Source: Eledone cirrhosa (taxonomy: Eukaryota). Taken from it: a DNA stretch of 64,000 bases. Below are positions 26,801 through 44,800 of this stretch, one piece after another. The notes below the pieces were generated by a model. The model saw only the letters and a list, made by a program, of their open reading frames with translations, searched no databases and was not told where the DNA came from. Location: assembly GCA_964016885.1 (NCBI GenBank), contig OZ024751.1, positions 620,001 to 684,000 on the forward strand, in the 5' to 3' direction. The position numbers and the translations under genes are program-made. How positions within the stretch are numbered: the stretch's first letter is position 1; every line of letters begins with the position of its first letter.

Positions 26801-29800
26801 CAACAACCAACACCACCACCACCCCCACCCTCAACAACAACCAACACCACCCCCACCCTCAACAACAACCAACACCACCACCACCCTCAACAACAACCAA
26901 CACCACCACCACCCCCACCCTCAACAACAACCAACACCACCACCACCCTCAACAACAACCAACACCACCACCACCCTCAACAACAACCAACACCACCACC
27001 AACCCCACCCTCAACAACAACCAACACCACCCCCACCCTCAACAACAACCAACACCACCACCACCCTCAACAACAACCAACACCACCCCCACCCTCAACA
27101 ACAACCAACACCACCACCACACTCAACAACAACCAACATCACCACCACCCTCAACAACAACCGACACCACCACCACCCTCAACAACAACCGACACCACCA
27201 CCACCACCCTCAACAACAACCAACACCACCACCACCACCCTCAACAACAACCGACACCATCACCACCACCCTCAACAACAATCGACACCACCACCACCCT
27301 CAACAACAACCAACACCACCCCACCCTCAACAACAACCAACACCACCACCCTCAACAACAACCGACACCATCACCACCACCCTCAACAACAACCGACACC
27401 ACCACCACCCTCAACAACAACCGACACCACCACCACCCTCAACAACAACCAACACCACCACCACCCTCAACAACAACCAACACCAACATCACCACCCTCA
27501 ACAACAACCGACACCACCACCACCCTCAACAACAACCAACACCACCACTACCACCCTCAACAACAACCGACACCACCACCACCACCCTCAACAACAACCG
27601 ACACCACCACCACCCTCAACAACAACCAACACCACCACCACCACCCTCAACAACAACCGACACCACCACCACCACCCTCAACAACAACCGACACCACCAC
27701 CACCCTCAACAACAACCAACACCACCACCACCCTCAACAACAACCAACACCACCACCATCACCTTCAACAACAACCACCACCACCACCACCCTCAACAAC
27801 AACCGACACCACCACCACCACCCTCAACAACAACCGACACCACCACCACCACCCTCAACAACAACCAACACCACCACCACCCTCAACAACAACCAACACC
27901 ACCACCACAACCCTCAACAACAACCGACACCACCACCACCACCCTCAACAACAACCAACACCACCACCACCACCCTCAACAACAACCGACACCACCACAA
28001 CCCTCAACAACAACCGACACCACCACCACCCTCAACAACAACCGACACCATCACCACCACCCTCAACAACAACCGACACCACCACAACCCTCAACAACAA
28101 CCAACACCACCACCACCACCCTCAACAACAACAACCGACACCACCTCAACAACAACCACCACCACCACAACCCTCAACAACAACCGACACCACCACCACC
28201 ACCCTCAACAACAACCAACACCACCACCACCACCCTCAACAACAACCGACACCATCACCACCACCCTCAACAACAACCGACACCACCACCACCCTCAACA
28301 ACAACCGACACCACCACAACCCTCAACAACAACCGACACCATCACCACCACCCTCAACAACAACCGACACCATCACCACCACCCTCAACAACAACCGACA
28401 CCACCACAACCCTCAACAACAACCAACACCACCACCACCACCCTCAACAACAACCGACACCACCACCACCCTCAACAACAACCGACACCACCACAACCCT
28501 CAACAACAACCGACACCACCACCACCCTCAACAACAACCGACACCACCACAACCCTCAACAACAACCAACACCACCACCACCCTCAACAACAACCGACAC
28601 CATCACCACCACCCTCAACAACAACCGACACCATCACCACCACCCTCAACAACAACCGACACCACCACAACCCTCAACAACAACCAACACCACCACCACC
28701 CTCAACAACAACCGACACCATCACCACCACCCTCAACAACAACCGACACCACCACCACCGTCAACAACAACCGACACCACCACAACCCTCAACAACAACC
28801 GACACCATCACCACCACCCTCAACAACAACCGACACCATCACCACCACCCTCAACAACAACCGACACCACCACAACCCTCAACAACAACCAACACCACCA
28901 CCACCACCCTCAACAACAACCGACACCACCACCACCCTCAACAACAACCGACACCACCACAACCCTCAACAACAACCGACACCACCACCACCCTCAACAA
29001 CAACCGACACCACCACAACCCTCAACAACAACCAACACCACCACCACCCTCAACAACAACCGACACCATCACCACCACCCTCAACAACAACCAACACCAC
29101 CACCACCCTCAACAACAACCGACACCATCACCACCACCCTCAACAACAACCGACACCACCACCACCCTCAACAACAACCGACACCACCACAACCCTCAAC
29201 AACAACCAACACCACCACCACCCTCAACAACAACCGACACCATCACCACCACCCTCAACAACAACCGACACCACCACCACCCTCAACAACAACCGACACC
29301 ACCACAACCCTCAACAACAACCGACACCACCACCCTCAACAACAACCAACACAACCACCACCCTCAACAACAACCAACACCACCACCACCACCACCCTCA
29401 ACAACAACCAACACCACCACCCTCAACAACAACCAACACAACCACCACCCTCAACAACAACCAACACCACCACCACCACCACCCTCAACAACAACCGACA
29501 CCACCACCCTCAACAACAACCAACACAACCACCACCCTCAACAACAACCAACACCACCACCACCACCACCCTCAACAACAACCAACACCACCACTACCAC
29601 CCTCAACAACAACCGACACCACCACCACCACCCTCAACAACAACCGACACCACCACCACCCTCAACAACAACCAACACCACCACCACCACCCTCAACAAC
29701 AACCGACACCACCACCACCACCCTCAACAACAACCAACACCACCACCACCACCCTCAACAACAACCAACACCACCACCACCCTCAACAACAACCGACACC

Positions 29801-32800
29801 ACCACCTCCACCCTCAACAACAACCAACACCACCACCATCACCTTCAACAACAACCACCACCACCACCACCCTCAACAACAACCGACACCACCACCACCA
29901 CCCTCAACAACAACCGACACCACCACCACCACCCTCAACAACAACCAACACCACCACCATCACCCTCAACAACAACCACCACCACCACCACCCTCAACAA
30001 CAACCAACACCACCACCACCACCCTCAACAACAACCGACACCATCACCACCACCCTCAACAACAACCGACACCACCACCACCCTCAACAACAACCGACAC
30101 CACCACCACCCTCAACAACAACCGACACCACCACCACCCTCAACAACAACCGACACCATCACCACCACCCTCAACAACAACCGACACCACCACCACCCTC
30201 AACAACAACCGACACCACCACCACCCTCAACAACAACCGACACCATCACCACCACCCTCAACAACAACCGACACCACCACCACCCTCAACAACAACCGAC
30301 ACCACCACAACCCTCAACAAGAAGCAACACCACCACCACCACCCTCAACAACAACCGACACCACCACCACCCTCAACAACAACCGACACCACCACAACCC
30401 TCAACAACAACCACCACCACCACCACCCTCAACAACAACCAACACCACCACCACCACCCTCAACAACAACCGACACCATCACCACCACCCTCAACAACAA
30501 CCGACACCACCACCACCCTCAACAACAACCGACACCACCACAACCCTCAACAACAACCGACACCATCACCACCACCCTCAACAACAACCGACACCATCAC
30601 CACCACCCTCAACAACAACCGACACCACCACCACCCTCAACAACAACCGACACCACCACAACCCTCAACAACAACCGACACCATCACCACTACCCTCAAC
30701 AACAACCGACACCATCACCACCACCCTCAACAACAACCGACACCACCACAACCCTCAACAACAACCAACACCACCACCACCACCCTCAACAACAACCGAC
30801 ACCACCACCACCCTCAACAACAACCGACACCACCACAACCCTCAACAACAACCAACACCACCACCACCCTCAACAACAACCGACACCATCACCACCACCC
30901 TCAACAACAACCGACACCATCACCACCCTCAACAACAACCGACACCACCACCACCCTCAACAACAACCGACACCACCACAACCCTCAACAACAACCAACA
31001 CAACCACCCTCAACAACAACCAACACCACCACCACCCTCAACAACAACCGACACCATCACCACCACCCTCAACAACAACCGACACCACCACCACCCTCAA
31101 CAACAACCGACACCACCACAACCCTCAACAACAACCAACACCACCACCACCCTCAACAACAACCGACACCATCACCACCACCCTCAACAACAACCGACAC
31201 CATCACCACCACCCTCAACAACAACCGACACCACCACCACCCTCAACAACAACTGACACCACCACAACCCTCAACAACAACCGACACCACCACCCTCAAC
31301 AACAACCAACACAACCACCACCCTCAACAACAACCAACACCACCACCCTCAACAACAACCAACACAACCACCACCCTCAACAACAACCAACACCACCACC
31401 ACCACCACCCTCAACAACAACCGACACCACCACCCTCAACAACAACCAACACAACCACCACCCTCAACAACAACCAACACCACCACCACCCTCAACAACA
31501 ACCAACACCACCACCACCACCCTCAACAACAACCGACACCACCACCACCCTCAACAACAACCGACACCACTACCACCCTCAACAACAACCAACACCACCA
31601 CCACCCTCAACCACAACCGACACCACTACCACCACCCTCAACCACAACCACCACTACCACCACCCTCAACAACAACCACAACCACCACCCTCAACAACAA
31701 CCGACACGACTACCACCACCCTCAACCCAACCACCACCACCACCACCCTCAACAACAACCACAACCACCACCCTCAACAACAACCAACACAACCACCACC
31801 CTCAACAACAACCAACACAACCACCACACTCAACAACAACCACACCACCACCACCACCCTCAACAACAACCAACACCAACATCACCACCCTCAACAACAA
31901 CCAACACCAACATCACCACCCTCAACAACAACCGACACCACCACCACCCTCAACAACAACCGACACCACCACCACCCTCAACAACAACCAACACCACCAC
32001 CACCACCACCCTCAACAACAACCGACACCACCACCACCCTCAACAACAACCAACACAACCACCACCCTCAACAACAACCAACACCACCACCACCCTCAAC
32101 AACAACCAACACCACCACCACCACCCTCAACAACAACCGACACCACCACCACCCTCAACAACAACCGACACCACTACCACCCTCAACAACAACCAACACC
32201 ACCACCACCCTCAACAACAACCAACACCACCACCACCACCCTCAACAACAACCGACACCACCACCACCCTCAACAACAACCAACACCACCACCACCCTCA
32301 ACAACAACCGACACCACCACCACCCTCAACAACAACCAACACCACCACCACCACCCTCAACAACAACCGACACCACCACCACCACCCTCAACAACAACCA
32401 ACACCACCACCACCCTCAACAACAACCGACACCACCACCACCACCCTCAACAACAACCAACACCACCACCACCACCCTCAACAACAACCAACACCACCAC
32501 CACCCTCAACAACAACCGACACCACCACCACCCTCAACAACAACCGACACCATCACCACCACCCTCAACAACAACCGACACCACCACCACCCTCAACAAC
32601 AACCGACACCACCACAACCCTCAACAACAACCGACACCATCACCACCACCCTCAACAACAACCGACACCATCACCACCACCCTCAACAACAACCAACACC
32701 ACCACCACCCTCAACAACAACCAACACCACCACCACCACCCTCAACAACAACCGACACCACCACCACCCTCAACAACAACCGACACCACCACAACCCTCA

Positions 32801-35800
32801 ACAACAACCAACACCACCACCACCCTCAACAACAACCGACACCATCACCACCACCCTCAACAACAACCGACACCACCACCACCCTCAACAACAACCGACA
32901 CCACCACAACCCTCAACAACAACCGACACCACCACCCTCAACAACAACCAACACAACCACCACCCTCAACAACAACCAACACCACCACCACCACCACCCT
33001 CAACAACAACCAACACCACCACCCTCAACAACAACCAACACAACCACCACCCTCAACAACAACCAACACCACCACCACCACCACCCTCAACAACAACCGA
33101 CACCACCACCCTCAACAACAACCAACACAACCACCACCCTCAACAACAACCAACACCACCACCACCACCACCCTCAACAACAACCGACACCACCACAACC
33201 CTCAACAACAACCGACACCATCACCACCACCCTCAACAACAACCGACACCATCACCACCACCCTCAACAACAACCGACACCACCACCACCCTCAACAACA
33301 ACCGACACCACCACAACCCTCAACAACAACCGACACCACCACCACCCTCAACAACAACCGACACCATCACCACCACCCTCAACAACAACCGACACCACCA
33401 CCACCCTCAACAACAACCGACACCACCACAACCCTCAACAACAACCGACACCATCACCACCACCCTCAACAACAACCGACACCATCACCACCACCCTCAA
33501 CAACAACCGACACCATCACCACCACCCTCAACAACAACCAACACCACCCCACCCTCAACAACAACCGACACCACCACAACCCTCAACAACAACCAACACC
33601 ACCACCACCACCCTCAACAACAACCGACACCACCACCACCCTCAACAACAACCGACACCACCACAACCCTCAACAACAACCGACACCACCACCACCCTCA
33701 ACAACAACCGACACCATCACCACCACCCTCAACAACAACCGACACCACCACCACCCTCAACAACAACCGACACCACCACAACCCTCAACAACAACCGACA
33801 CCATCACCACCACCCTCAACAACAACCGACACCATCACCACCACCCTCAACAACAACCGACACCATCACCACCACCCTCAACAACAACCAACACCACCCC
33901 ACCCTCAACAACAACCGACACCACCACAACCCTCAACAACAACCAACACCACCACCACCACCCTCAACAACAACCGACACCACCACCACCCTCAACAACA
34001 ACCGACACCACCACAACCCTCAACAACAACCAACACCACCACCACCCTCAACAACAACCGACACCGTCACCACCACCCTCAACAACAACCGACACCATCA
34101 CCACCCTCAACAACAACCGACACCACCACCACCCTCAACAACAACCGACACCACCACAACCCTCAACAACAACCAACACAACCACCCTCAACAACAACCA
34201 ACACCACCACCACCCTCAACAACAACCGACACCATCACCACCACCCTCAACAACAACCGACACCACCACCACCCTCAACAACAACCGACACCACCACAAC
34301 CCTCAACAACAACCAACACCACCACCACCCTCAACAACAACCGACACCATCACCACCACCCTCAACAACAACCGACACCATCACCACCACCCTCAACAAC
34401 AACCGACACCACCACAACCCTCAACAACAACCGACACCACCACAACCCTCAACAACAACCGACACCACCACCCTCAACAACAACCAACACAACCACCACC
34501 CTCAACAACAACCAACACCACCACCCTCAACAACAACCAACACAACCACCACCCTCAACAACAACCAACACCACCACCACCACCACCCTCAACAACAACC
34601 GACACCACCACCCTCAACAACAACCAACACAACCACCACCCTCAACAACAACCAACACCACCACCACCCTCAACAACAACCAACACCACCACCACCACCC
34701 TCAACAACAACCGACACCACCACCACCCTCAACAACAACCGACACCACTACCACCCTCAACAACAACCAACACCACCACCACCCTCAACCACAACCGACA
34801 CCACTACCACCACCCTCAACCACAACCACCACTACCACCACCCTCAACAACAACCACAACCACCACCCTCAACAACAACCGACACGACTACCACCACCCT
34901 CAACCACAACCACCACCACCACCACCCTCAACAACAACCACAACCACCACCCTCAACAACAACCAACACAACCACCACCCTCAACAACAACCAACACAAC
35001 CACCACACTCAACAACAACCACACCACCACCACCACCCTCAACAACAACCAACACCAACATCACCACCCTCAACAACAACCAACACCAATATCACCACCC
35101 TCAACAACAACCGACACCACCACCACCCTCAACAACAACCGACACCACCACCACCCTCAACAACAACCAACACCACCACCACCACCCTCAACAACAACCG
35201 ACACCACCACCACCCTCAACAACAACCAACACAACCACCACCCTCAACAACAACCGACACCACCACCACCACCCTCAACAACAACCAACACCACCACCAC
35301 CACCCTCAACAACAACCGACACCACTACCACCCTCAACAACAACCAACACCACCACCACCCTCAACCACAACCGACACCACTACCACCACCCTCAACAAC
35401 AACCGACACCACCACCACCCTCAACAACAACCGACACCACTACCACCCTCAACAACCACCAACACCACCACCACCCTCAACCACAACCGACACCACTACC
35501 ACCACCCTCAACAACAACCAACACCACCACCACCCTCAACAACAACCGACACCACCACCACCCTCAACAACAACCAACACCACCACCACCACCCTCAACA
35601 ACAACCGACACCATCACCACCCTCAACAACAACCGACACCACCACCACCACCCTCAACAACAACCAACACCACCACCACCCTCAACAACAACCAACACAA
35701 CCACCACCCTCAACAACAACCGACACCACCACCACCACCCTCAACAACAACCAACACCACCACCACCACCCTCAACAACAACCAACACCACCACCACCCT

Positions 35801-38800
35801 CAACAACAACCAACACCGCCACCACCACCCTCAACAACAACCAACACCACCACCACCCTCAACAACAACCAACACAACCAACACCCTCAACAACAACCGA
35901 CACCACCACCACCACCCTCAACAACAACCGACACCACCACCACCCTCAACAACAACCACCACCACCATCACCCTCAACAACAACCAACACCACCACCACC
36001 CTCAACAACAACCAACACCACCACCACCCTCAACAACAACCGACACCACCACAACCCTCAACAACAACCACCACAACCCTCAACAACAACCACCACCACC
36101 ATCACCCTCAACAACAACCACCACCACCACCACCCTCAACAACAACCAACACCACCACCACCACCCTCAACAACAACCAACACCACCACCACCCTCAACA
36201 ACAACCAACACAACCACCACCCTCAACAACAACCGACACCACCACCACCACCCTGAACAACAACCAACACCACCGCCACCCTCAACAACAACCGACACCA
36301 CCACCACCCTCAACAACAACCAACACCACCACCACCCTCAACAACAACCAACACAACCACCACCCTCAACAACAACCGACACCACCACCACCACCCTGAA
36401 CAACAACCAACACCACCGCCACCCTCAACAACAACCGACACCACCACCACCCTCAACAACAACCAACACCACCACCACCCTCAACAACAACCAACACAAC
36501 CATCACCCTCAACAACAACCACCACCACCACCACCCTCAACAACAACCAACACCACCACCACCCTCAACAACAACCAACACCACCACCACCCTCAACAAC
36601 AACCAACACCAACATCACCCTCAACAACAACCGACACCACCACCACCACCCTCAACAACAACCAACACCACCACCACCCTCAACAACAACCGACACCACC
36701 ACCACCCTCAACAACAACCGACACCACCACAACCCTCAACAACAACCAACACCAACATCACCCTCAACAACAACCGACACCACCACCACCACCCTCAACA
36801 ACAACCAACACCACCACCACCCTCAACAACAACCGACACCACCACCACCCTCAACAACAACCGACACCACCACAACCCTCAACAACAACCAACACCAACA
36901 TCACCCTCAACAACAACCGACACCACCACCACCACCCTCAACAACAACCGACACCACCACCACCCTCAACAACAACCGACACCACCACCACCCTCAACAA
37001 CAACCGACACCACCACAACCCTCAACAACAACCACCACCACCACCACCCTCAACAACAACCGACACCACCATCACCCTCAACAACAACCGACACCACCAC
37101 CACCCTCAACAACAACCGACACCACCACCACCCTCAACAACAACCGACACCACCACCACCCTCAACAACAACCGACACCACCACCACCACCCTCAACAAC
37201 AACCGACACCATCACCACCCTCAACAACAACCAACACCACCACCACCCTCAACAACAACCGACACCAACACCACCACCCTCAACAACAACCAACACCACC
37301 ACCACCACCCTCAACAACAACCAACACCACCACCACCACCCTCAACAACAACCAACACCACCACCACCCTCAACAACAACCAACACCACCACCACCACCC
37401 TCAACAACAACCAACACCACAACCACCTCCCTCAACAACAACCAACACCACCACCACCCTCAACAATAACCAACACCACCACCACCCTCAACAACAACCA
37501 ACACCACCACCACCACCCTCAACAACAACCAACACCACCACCACCCTCAACAATAACCAACACCACCACCACCCTCAACAACAACCAACACCACCACCAC
37601 CACCCTCAACAACAACCAACACCACCACCACCACCCTCAACAACAACCAACACCACCACCACCACCCTCAACAACAACCAACACCACCACCACCACCCTC
37701 AACAACAACCAACACCACCACCACCACCCTCAACAACAACCAACACCACCACCACCACCCTCAACAACAACCAACACCACCACCACCACCCTCAACAACA
37801 ACCAACACCACCACCAGCCTCAACAACAACGGACACCACCACCACCCTCAACAACAACCAACATCACCACCACCCTCAACAACAACCAACACCACCACCA
37901 CCACCCTCAACAACAACCAACACCACCACCACCACCCTCAACAACAACCGACACCACCACCACCCTCAACAACAACCACCACCACCACCACCCTCAACAA
38001 CAACCAACATCACCACCACCACCACCCTCAACAACAACCAACACCACCACCACCACCCTCAACAACAACCAACACCACCACCACCACCCTCAACAACAAC
38101 CGACACCACCACCACCCTCAACAACAACCGACACCACCACCACCACCCTCAACAACAACCAACACCACCACCACCACCCTCAACAACAACCGACACCACC
38201 ACCACTACCCTCAACAACAACCGACACCACCACCACTACCCTCAACAACAACCAACACCACCACCACCACCCTCAACAACAACCAACACCACCACCACCA
38301 CCCTCAACAACAACCGACACCACCACCACCCTCAACAACAACCGACACCACCACCACCACCCTCAACAACAACCAACACCACCACCACCACCCTCAACAA
38401 CAACCAACACCACCACCACCACCCTCAACAACAACCGACACCACCACCACTACCCTCAACAACAACCGACACCACCACCACCCTCAACAACAACCAACAC
38501 CACCACCACCACCACCCTCAACAACAACCAACACCACCCCCACCCCCACCCTCAACAACCAACACCACCCCCACCCTCAACAACCAACACCACCACCACC
38601 CTCAACAACAACCAACACCACCACCACCCTCAACAACAACCAACACAACCCCCACCCTCAACAACAACCAACATCACCACCACCCTCAACAACAACCGAC
38701 ACCATCACCACCACCCTCAACAACAACCGACACCACCACCACCCTCAACAACAACCGACACCACCACCACCACCCTCAACAACAACCAACACCACCACCA

Positions 38801-41800
38801 CCACCCTTAACAACAACCGACACCATCACCACCACCCTCAACAACAACCTACACCACCCCACCCTCAACAACAACCAACACCACCACCACCCTCAACAAC
38901 AACCAACACCACCACCACCCTCAACAACAACCAACACCACCACCACCCTCAACAACAACCAACACCACCCCCACCCTCAACAACAACCAACACCACCACC
39001 ACCCTCAACAACAACCAACACCACCACCACCCTCAACAACAACCAACACCACCCCCCACCCTCAACAACAACCGACACCATCACCACCACCCTCAACAAC
39101 AACCGACACCACCACCACCCTCAACAACAACCGACACCATCACCACCACCCTCAACAACAACCGACACCACCACCACCCTCAACAACAACCGACACCACC
39201 ACCACCCTCAACAACAACCAACACCACCCCACCCTCAACAACAACCAACACCACCCCACCCTCAACAACAACCAACACCAAAACCACCACCACCCTCAAC
39301 AACAACCGACACCATCACCACCCTCAACAACAACCGACACCACCACCACCCTCAACAACAACCGACACCACCACCACCCTCAACAACAACCGACACCATC
39401 ACCACCACCCTCAACAACAACCGACACCACCACCCTCAACAACAACCGACACCATCACCACCACCCTCAACAACAACCGACACCACCACCACCCTCAACA
39501 ACAACCGACACCACCACCACCCTCAACAACAACCAACACCACCCCACCCTCAACAACAAGCAACACCACCCCACCCTCAACAACAACCAACACCAACACC
39601 ACCACCACCCTCAACAACAACCGACACCATCACCACCCTCAACAACAACCGACACCACCACCACCCTCAACAACAACCGACACCACCACCACCCTCAACA
39701 ACAACCGACACCACCACCACCCTCAACAACAACCGACACAACCACCACCACCCTCAACAACAACCAACACCACCACCACCACCCTCAACAACAACCGACA
39801 CCATCACCACCACCCTCAACAACAACCGACACCACCACCACCCTCAACAACAACCAACACCACCCCACCCTCAACAACAACCGACACCACCACCACCCTC
39901 AACAACAACCAACACTACCCCACCCTCAACAACAACCAACACCACCCCACCCTCAACAACAACCAACACCACCACCACCCTCAACAACAACCGACACCAC
40001 CACCACCCTCAACAACAACCGACACCATCACCACCAGCCTCAACAACAACCAACACCACCACCACCCTCAACAACAACCAACACCAACATCACCCTCAAC
40101 AACAACCAACACCACCACCACCACCCTCAACAACAACCGACACCACCACCACCCTCAACAACAACCAACACCACCACCACCACCCTCAACAACAACCGAT
40201 ACCACCACCACCACCCTCAACAACAACCGACACCACCACCACCCTCAACAACCAACGCCACCACCACCCTCAACAACAAGCGACACCACCACCACCCTCA
40301 ACAACAACCAACACCACCACCACCACCCTCAACAACAACCAACACCACCACCACCCTCAACAACAACCGCCACCGTCACCAACACCACCACCCTCAACAA
40401 CAACCGACACCACCACCACCCTCAACAACAACCAACGCCACCACCACCCTCAACAACAACCGCCACCGTCACCAACACCACCACCCTCAACAACAACCGA
40501 CACCACCACCACCCTCAACAACAACCAACGCCACCACCACCCTCAACAACAACCGACACCACCACCACCCTCAACAACAACCAACACCACCACCACCACC
40601 CTCAACAACAACCAACGCCACCACCACCCTCAACAACAACCGACACCACCACCACCCTCAACAACAACCAACACCACCACCACCACCCTCAACAACAACC
40701 AACGCCACCACCACCCTCAACAACAACCGACACCACCACCACCCTCAACAACAACCAACACCACCACCACCACCCTCAACAACAACCAACGCCACCACCA
40801 CCCTCAACAACAACCGACACCGTCACCAACACCACCACCCTCAACAACAACCGACACCACCACCACCCTCAACAACAACCAACGCCACCACCACCCTCAA
40901 CAACAACCGACACCACCACCACCCTCAACAACAACCAACACCACCACCACCACCCTCAACAACAACCGCCACCGTCACCAACACCACCACCCTCAACAAC
41001 AACCGACACCACCACCACCCTCAACAACAACCAACGCCACCACCACCCTCAACAACAACCGACACCACCACCACCCTCAACAACAACCAACACCACCACC
41101 ACCACCCTCAACAACAACCAACACCACCACCACCCTCAACAATAACCAACACCACCACCACCAGCCTCAACAACAACCGACACCACCACCACCCTCAACA
41201 ACAACCAACACCACCACCACCACCCTCAACAATAACCAACACCACCACCACCAGCCTCAACAACAACCGACACCACCACCACCCTCAACAACAACCAACA
41301 CCACCACCACCCTTAACAACAACCGACACCACCACCACCCTCAACAACAACCGACACCACCACCACCACCCTCAACAACAACCGACACCATCACCACCAC
41401 CCTCAACAACAACCGACACCATCACCACCACCCTCAACAACAACCGACACCACCACCACCCTCAACAACAACTGACACCACCACAACCCTCAACAACAAC
41501 CGACACCACCACCCTCAACAACAACCAACACAACCACCACCCTCAACAACAACCAACACCACCACCCTCAACAACAACCAACACAACCACCACCCTCAAC
41601 AACAACCAACACCACCACCACCACCACCCTCAACAACAACCGACACCACCACCCTCAACAACAACCAACACAACCACCACCCTCAACAACAACCAACACC
41701 ACCACCACCCTCAACAACAACCAACACCACCACCACCACCCTCAACAACAACCGACACCACCACCACCCTCAACAACAACCGACACCACTACCACCCTCA

Positions 41801-44800
41801 ACAACAACCAACACCACCACCACCCTCAACCACAACCGACACCACTACCACCACCCTCAACCACAACCACCACTACCACCACCCTCAACAACAACCACAA
41901 CCACCACCCTCAACAACAACCGACACGACTACCACCACCCTCAACCCAACCACCACCACCACCACCCTCAACAACAACCACAACCACCACCCTCAACAAC
42001 AACCAACACAACCACCACCCTCAACAACAACCAACACAACCACCACACTCAACAACAACCACACCACCACCACCACCCTCAACAACAACCAACACCAACA
42101 TCACCACCCTCAACAACAACCAACACCAACATCACCACCCTCAACAACAACCGACACCACCACCACCCTCAACAACAACCGACACCACCACCACCCTCAA
42201 CAACAACCAACACCACCACCACCACCACCCTCAACAACAACCGACACCACCACCACCCTCAACAACAACCAACACAACCACCACCCTCAACAACAACCAA
42301 CACCACCACCACCCTCAACAACAACCAACACCACCACCACCACCCTCAACAACAACCGACACCACCACCACCCTCAACAACAACCGACACCACTACCACC
42401 CTCAACAACAACCAACACCACCACCACCCTCAACAACAACCAACACCACCACCACCACCCTCAACAACAACCGACACCACCACCACCCTCAACAACAACC
42501 AACACCACCACCACCCTCAACAACAACCGACACCACCACCACCCTCAACAACAACCAACACCACCACCCTCAACAACAACCGACACCACCACCACCACCC
42601 TCAACAACAACCAACACCACCACCACCCTCAACAACAACCGACACCACCACCACCACCCTCAACAACAACCAACACCACCACCACCACCCTCAACAACAA
42701 CCAACACCACCACCAGCCTCAACAACAACCGACACCACCACCACCCTCAACAACAACCAACACCACCACCACCACCCTCAACAATAACCAACACCACCAC
42801 CACCAGCCTCAACAACAACCGACACCACCACCACCCTCAACAACAACCAACACCACCACCACCCTTAACAACAACCGACACCACCACCACCCTCAACAAC
42901 AACCGACACCACCACCACCACCCTCAACAACAACCGACACCATCACCACCCTCAACAACAACCAACACCACCACCACCCTCAACAACAACCGACACCAAC
43001 ACCACCACCCTCAACAACAACCAACACCACCACCACCACCCTCAACAACAGCCAACACCACCACCACCCTCAACAACAACCAACACCACCACCACCACCC
43101 TCAACAACAACCAACACCACCACCACCACCCTTAACAACAACCAACACCACCACCACCCTCAACAATAACCAACACCACCACCACCATCCTCAACAACAA
43201 CCGACACCACCACCACCCTCAACAACAACCACCACCACCACCACCCTCAACAACAACCGACACCACCACCACCCTCAACAACAACCGACACCACCACCAC
43301 TACCCTCAACAACAACCGACACCACCACCACCACCACCCTCAACAACAACCAACACCACCACCACCACCACACTCAACAACAACCAACACCACCACCACC
43401 CCCACCCTCAACAACAACCAACACCACCCCCACCCTCAACAACAACCAACACCACCACCACCCTCAACAACAACCAACACCACGACCACCCTCAACAACA
43501 ACCAACACCACCACCACCCTCAACAACAACCAACACCACCACCACCCCCACCCTCAACAACAACCAACACCACCCCCACCCTCAACAACAACCAACACCA
43601 CCACCACCCTCAACAACAACCAACACCACCACCACCCCCACCCTCAACAACAACCAACACCACCACCACCCTCAACAACAACCAACACCACCACCACCCT
43701 CAACAACAACCAACACCACCACCAACCCCACCCTCAACAACAACCAACACCACCCCCACCCTCAACAACAACCAACACCACCACCACCCTCAACAACAAC
43801 CAACACCACCCCCACCCTCAACAACAACCAACACCACCACCACACTCAACAACAACCAACATCACCACCACCCTCAACAACAACCGACACCACCACCACC
43901 CTCAACAACAACCGACACCACCACCACCACCCTCAACAACAACCAACACCACCACCACCACCCTCAACAACAACCGACACCATCACCACCACCCTCAACA
44001 ACAATCGACACCACCACCACCCTCAACAACAACCAACACCACCCCACCCTCAACAACAACCAACACCACCACCCTCAACAACAACCGACACCATCACCAC
44101 CACCCTCAACAACAACCGACACCACCACCACCCTCAACAACAACCGACACCACCACCACCCTCAACAACAACCAACACCACCACCACCCTCAACAACAAC
44201 CAACACCAACATCACCACCCTCAACAACAACCGACACCACCACCACCCTCAACAACAACCAACACCACCACTACCACCCTCAACAACAACCGACACCACC
44301 ACCACCACCCTCAACAACAACCGACACCACCACCACCCTCAACAACAACCAACACCACCACCACCACCCTCAACAACAACCGACACCACCACCACCACCC
44401 TCAACAACAACCGACACCACCACCACCCTCAACAACAACCAACACCACCACCACCCTCAACAACAACCAACACCACCACCATCACCTTCAACAACAACCA
44501 CACCACCACCACCACCCTCAACAACAACCGACACCACCACCACCACCCTCAACAACAACCGACACCACCACCACCACCCTCAACAACAACCAACACCACC
44601 ACCACCCTCAACAACAACCAACACCACCACCACAACCCTCAACAACAACCGACACCACCACCACCACCCTCAACAACAACCAACACCACCACCACCACCC
44701 TCAACAACAACCGACACCACCACAACCCTCAACAACAACCGACACCACCACCACCCTCAACAACAACCGACACCATCACCACCACCCTCAACAACAACCG

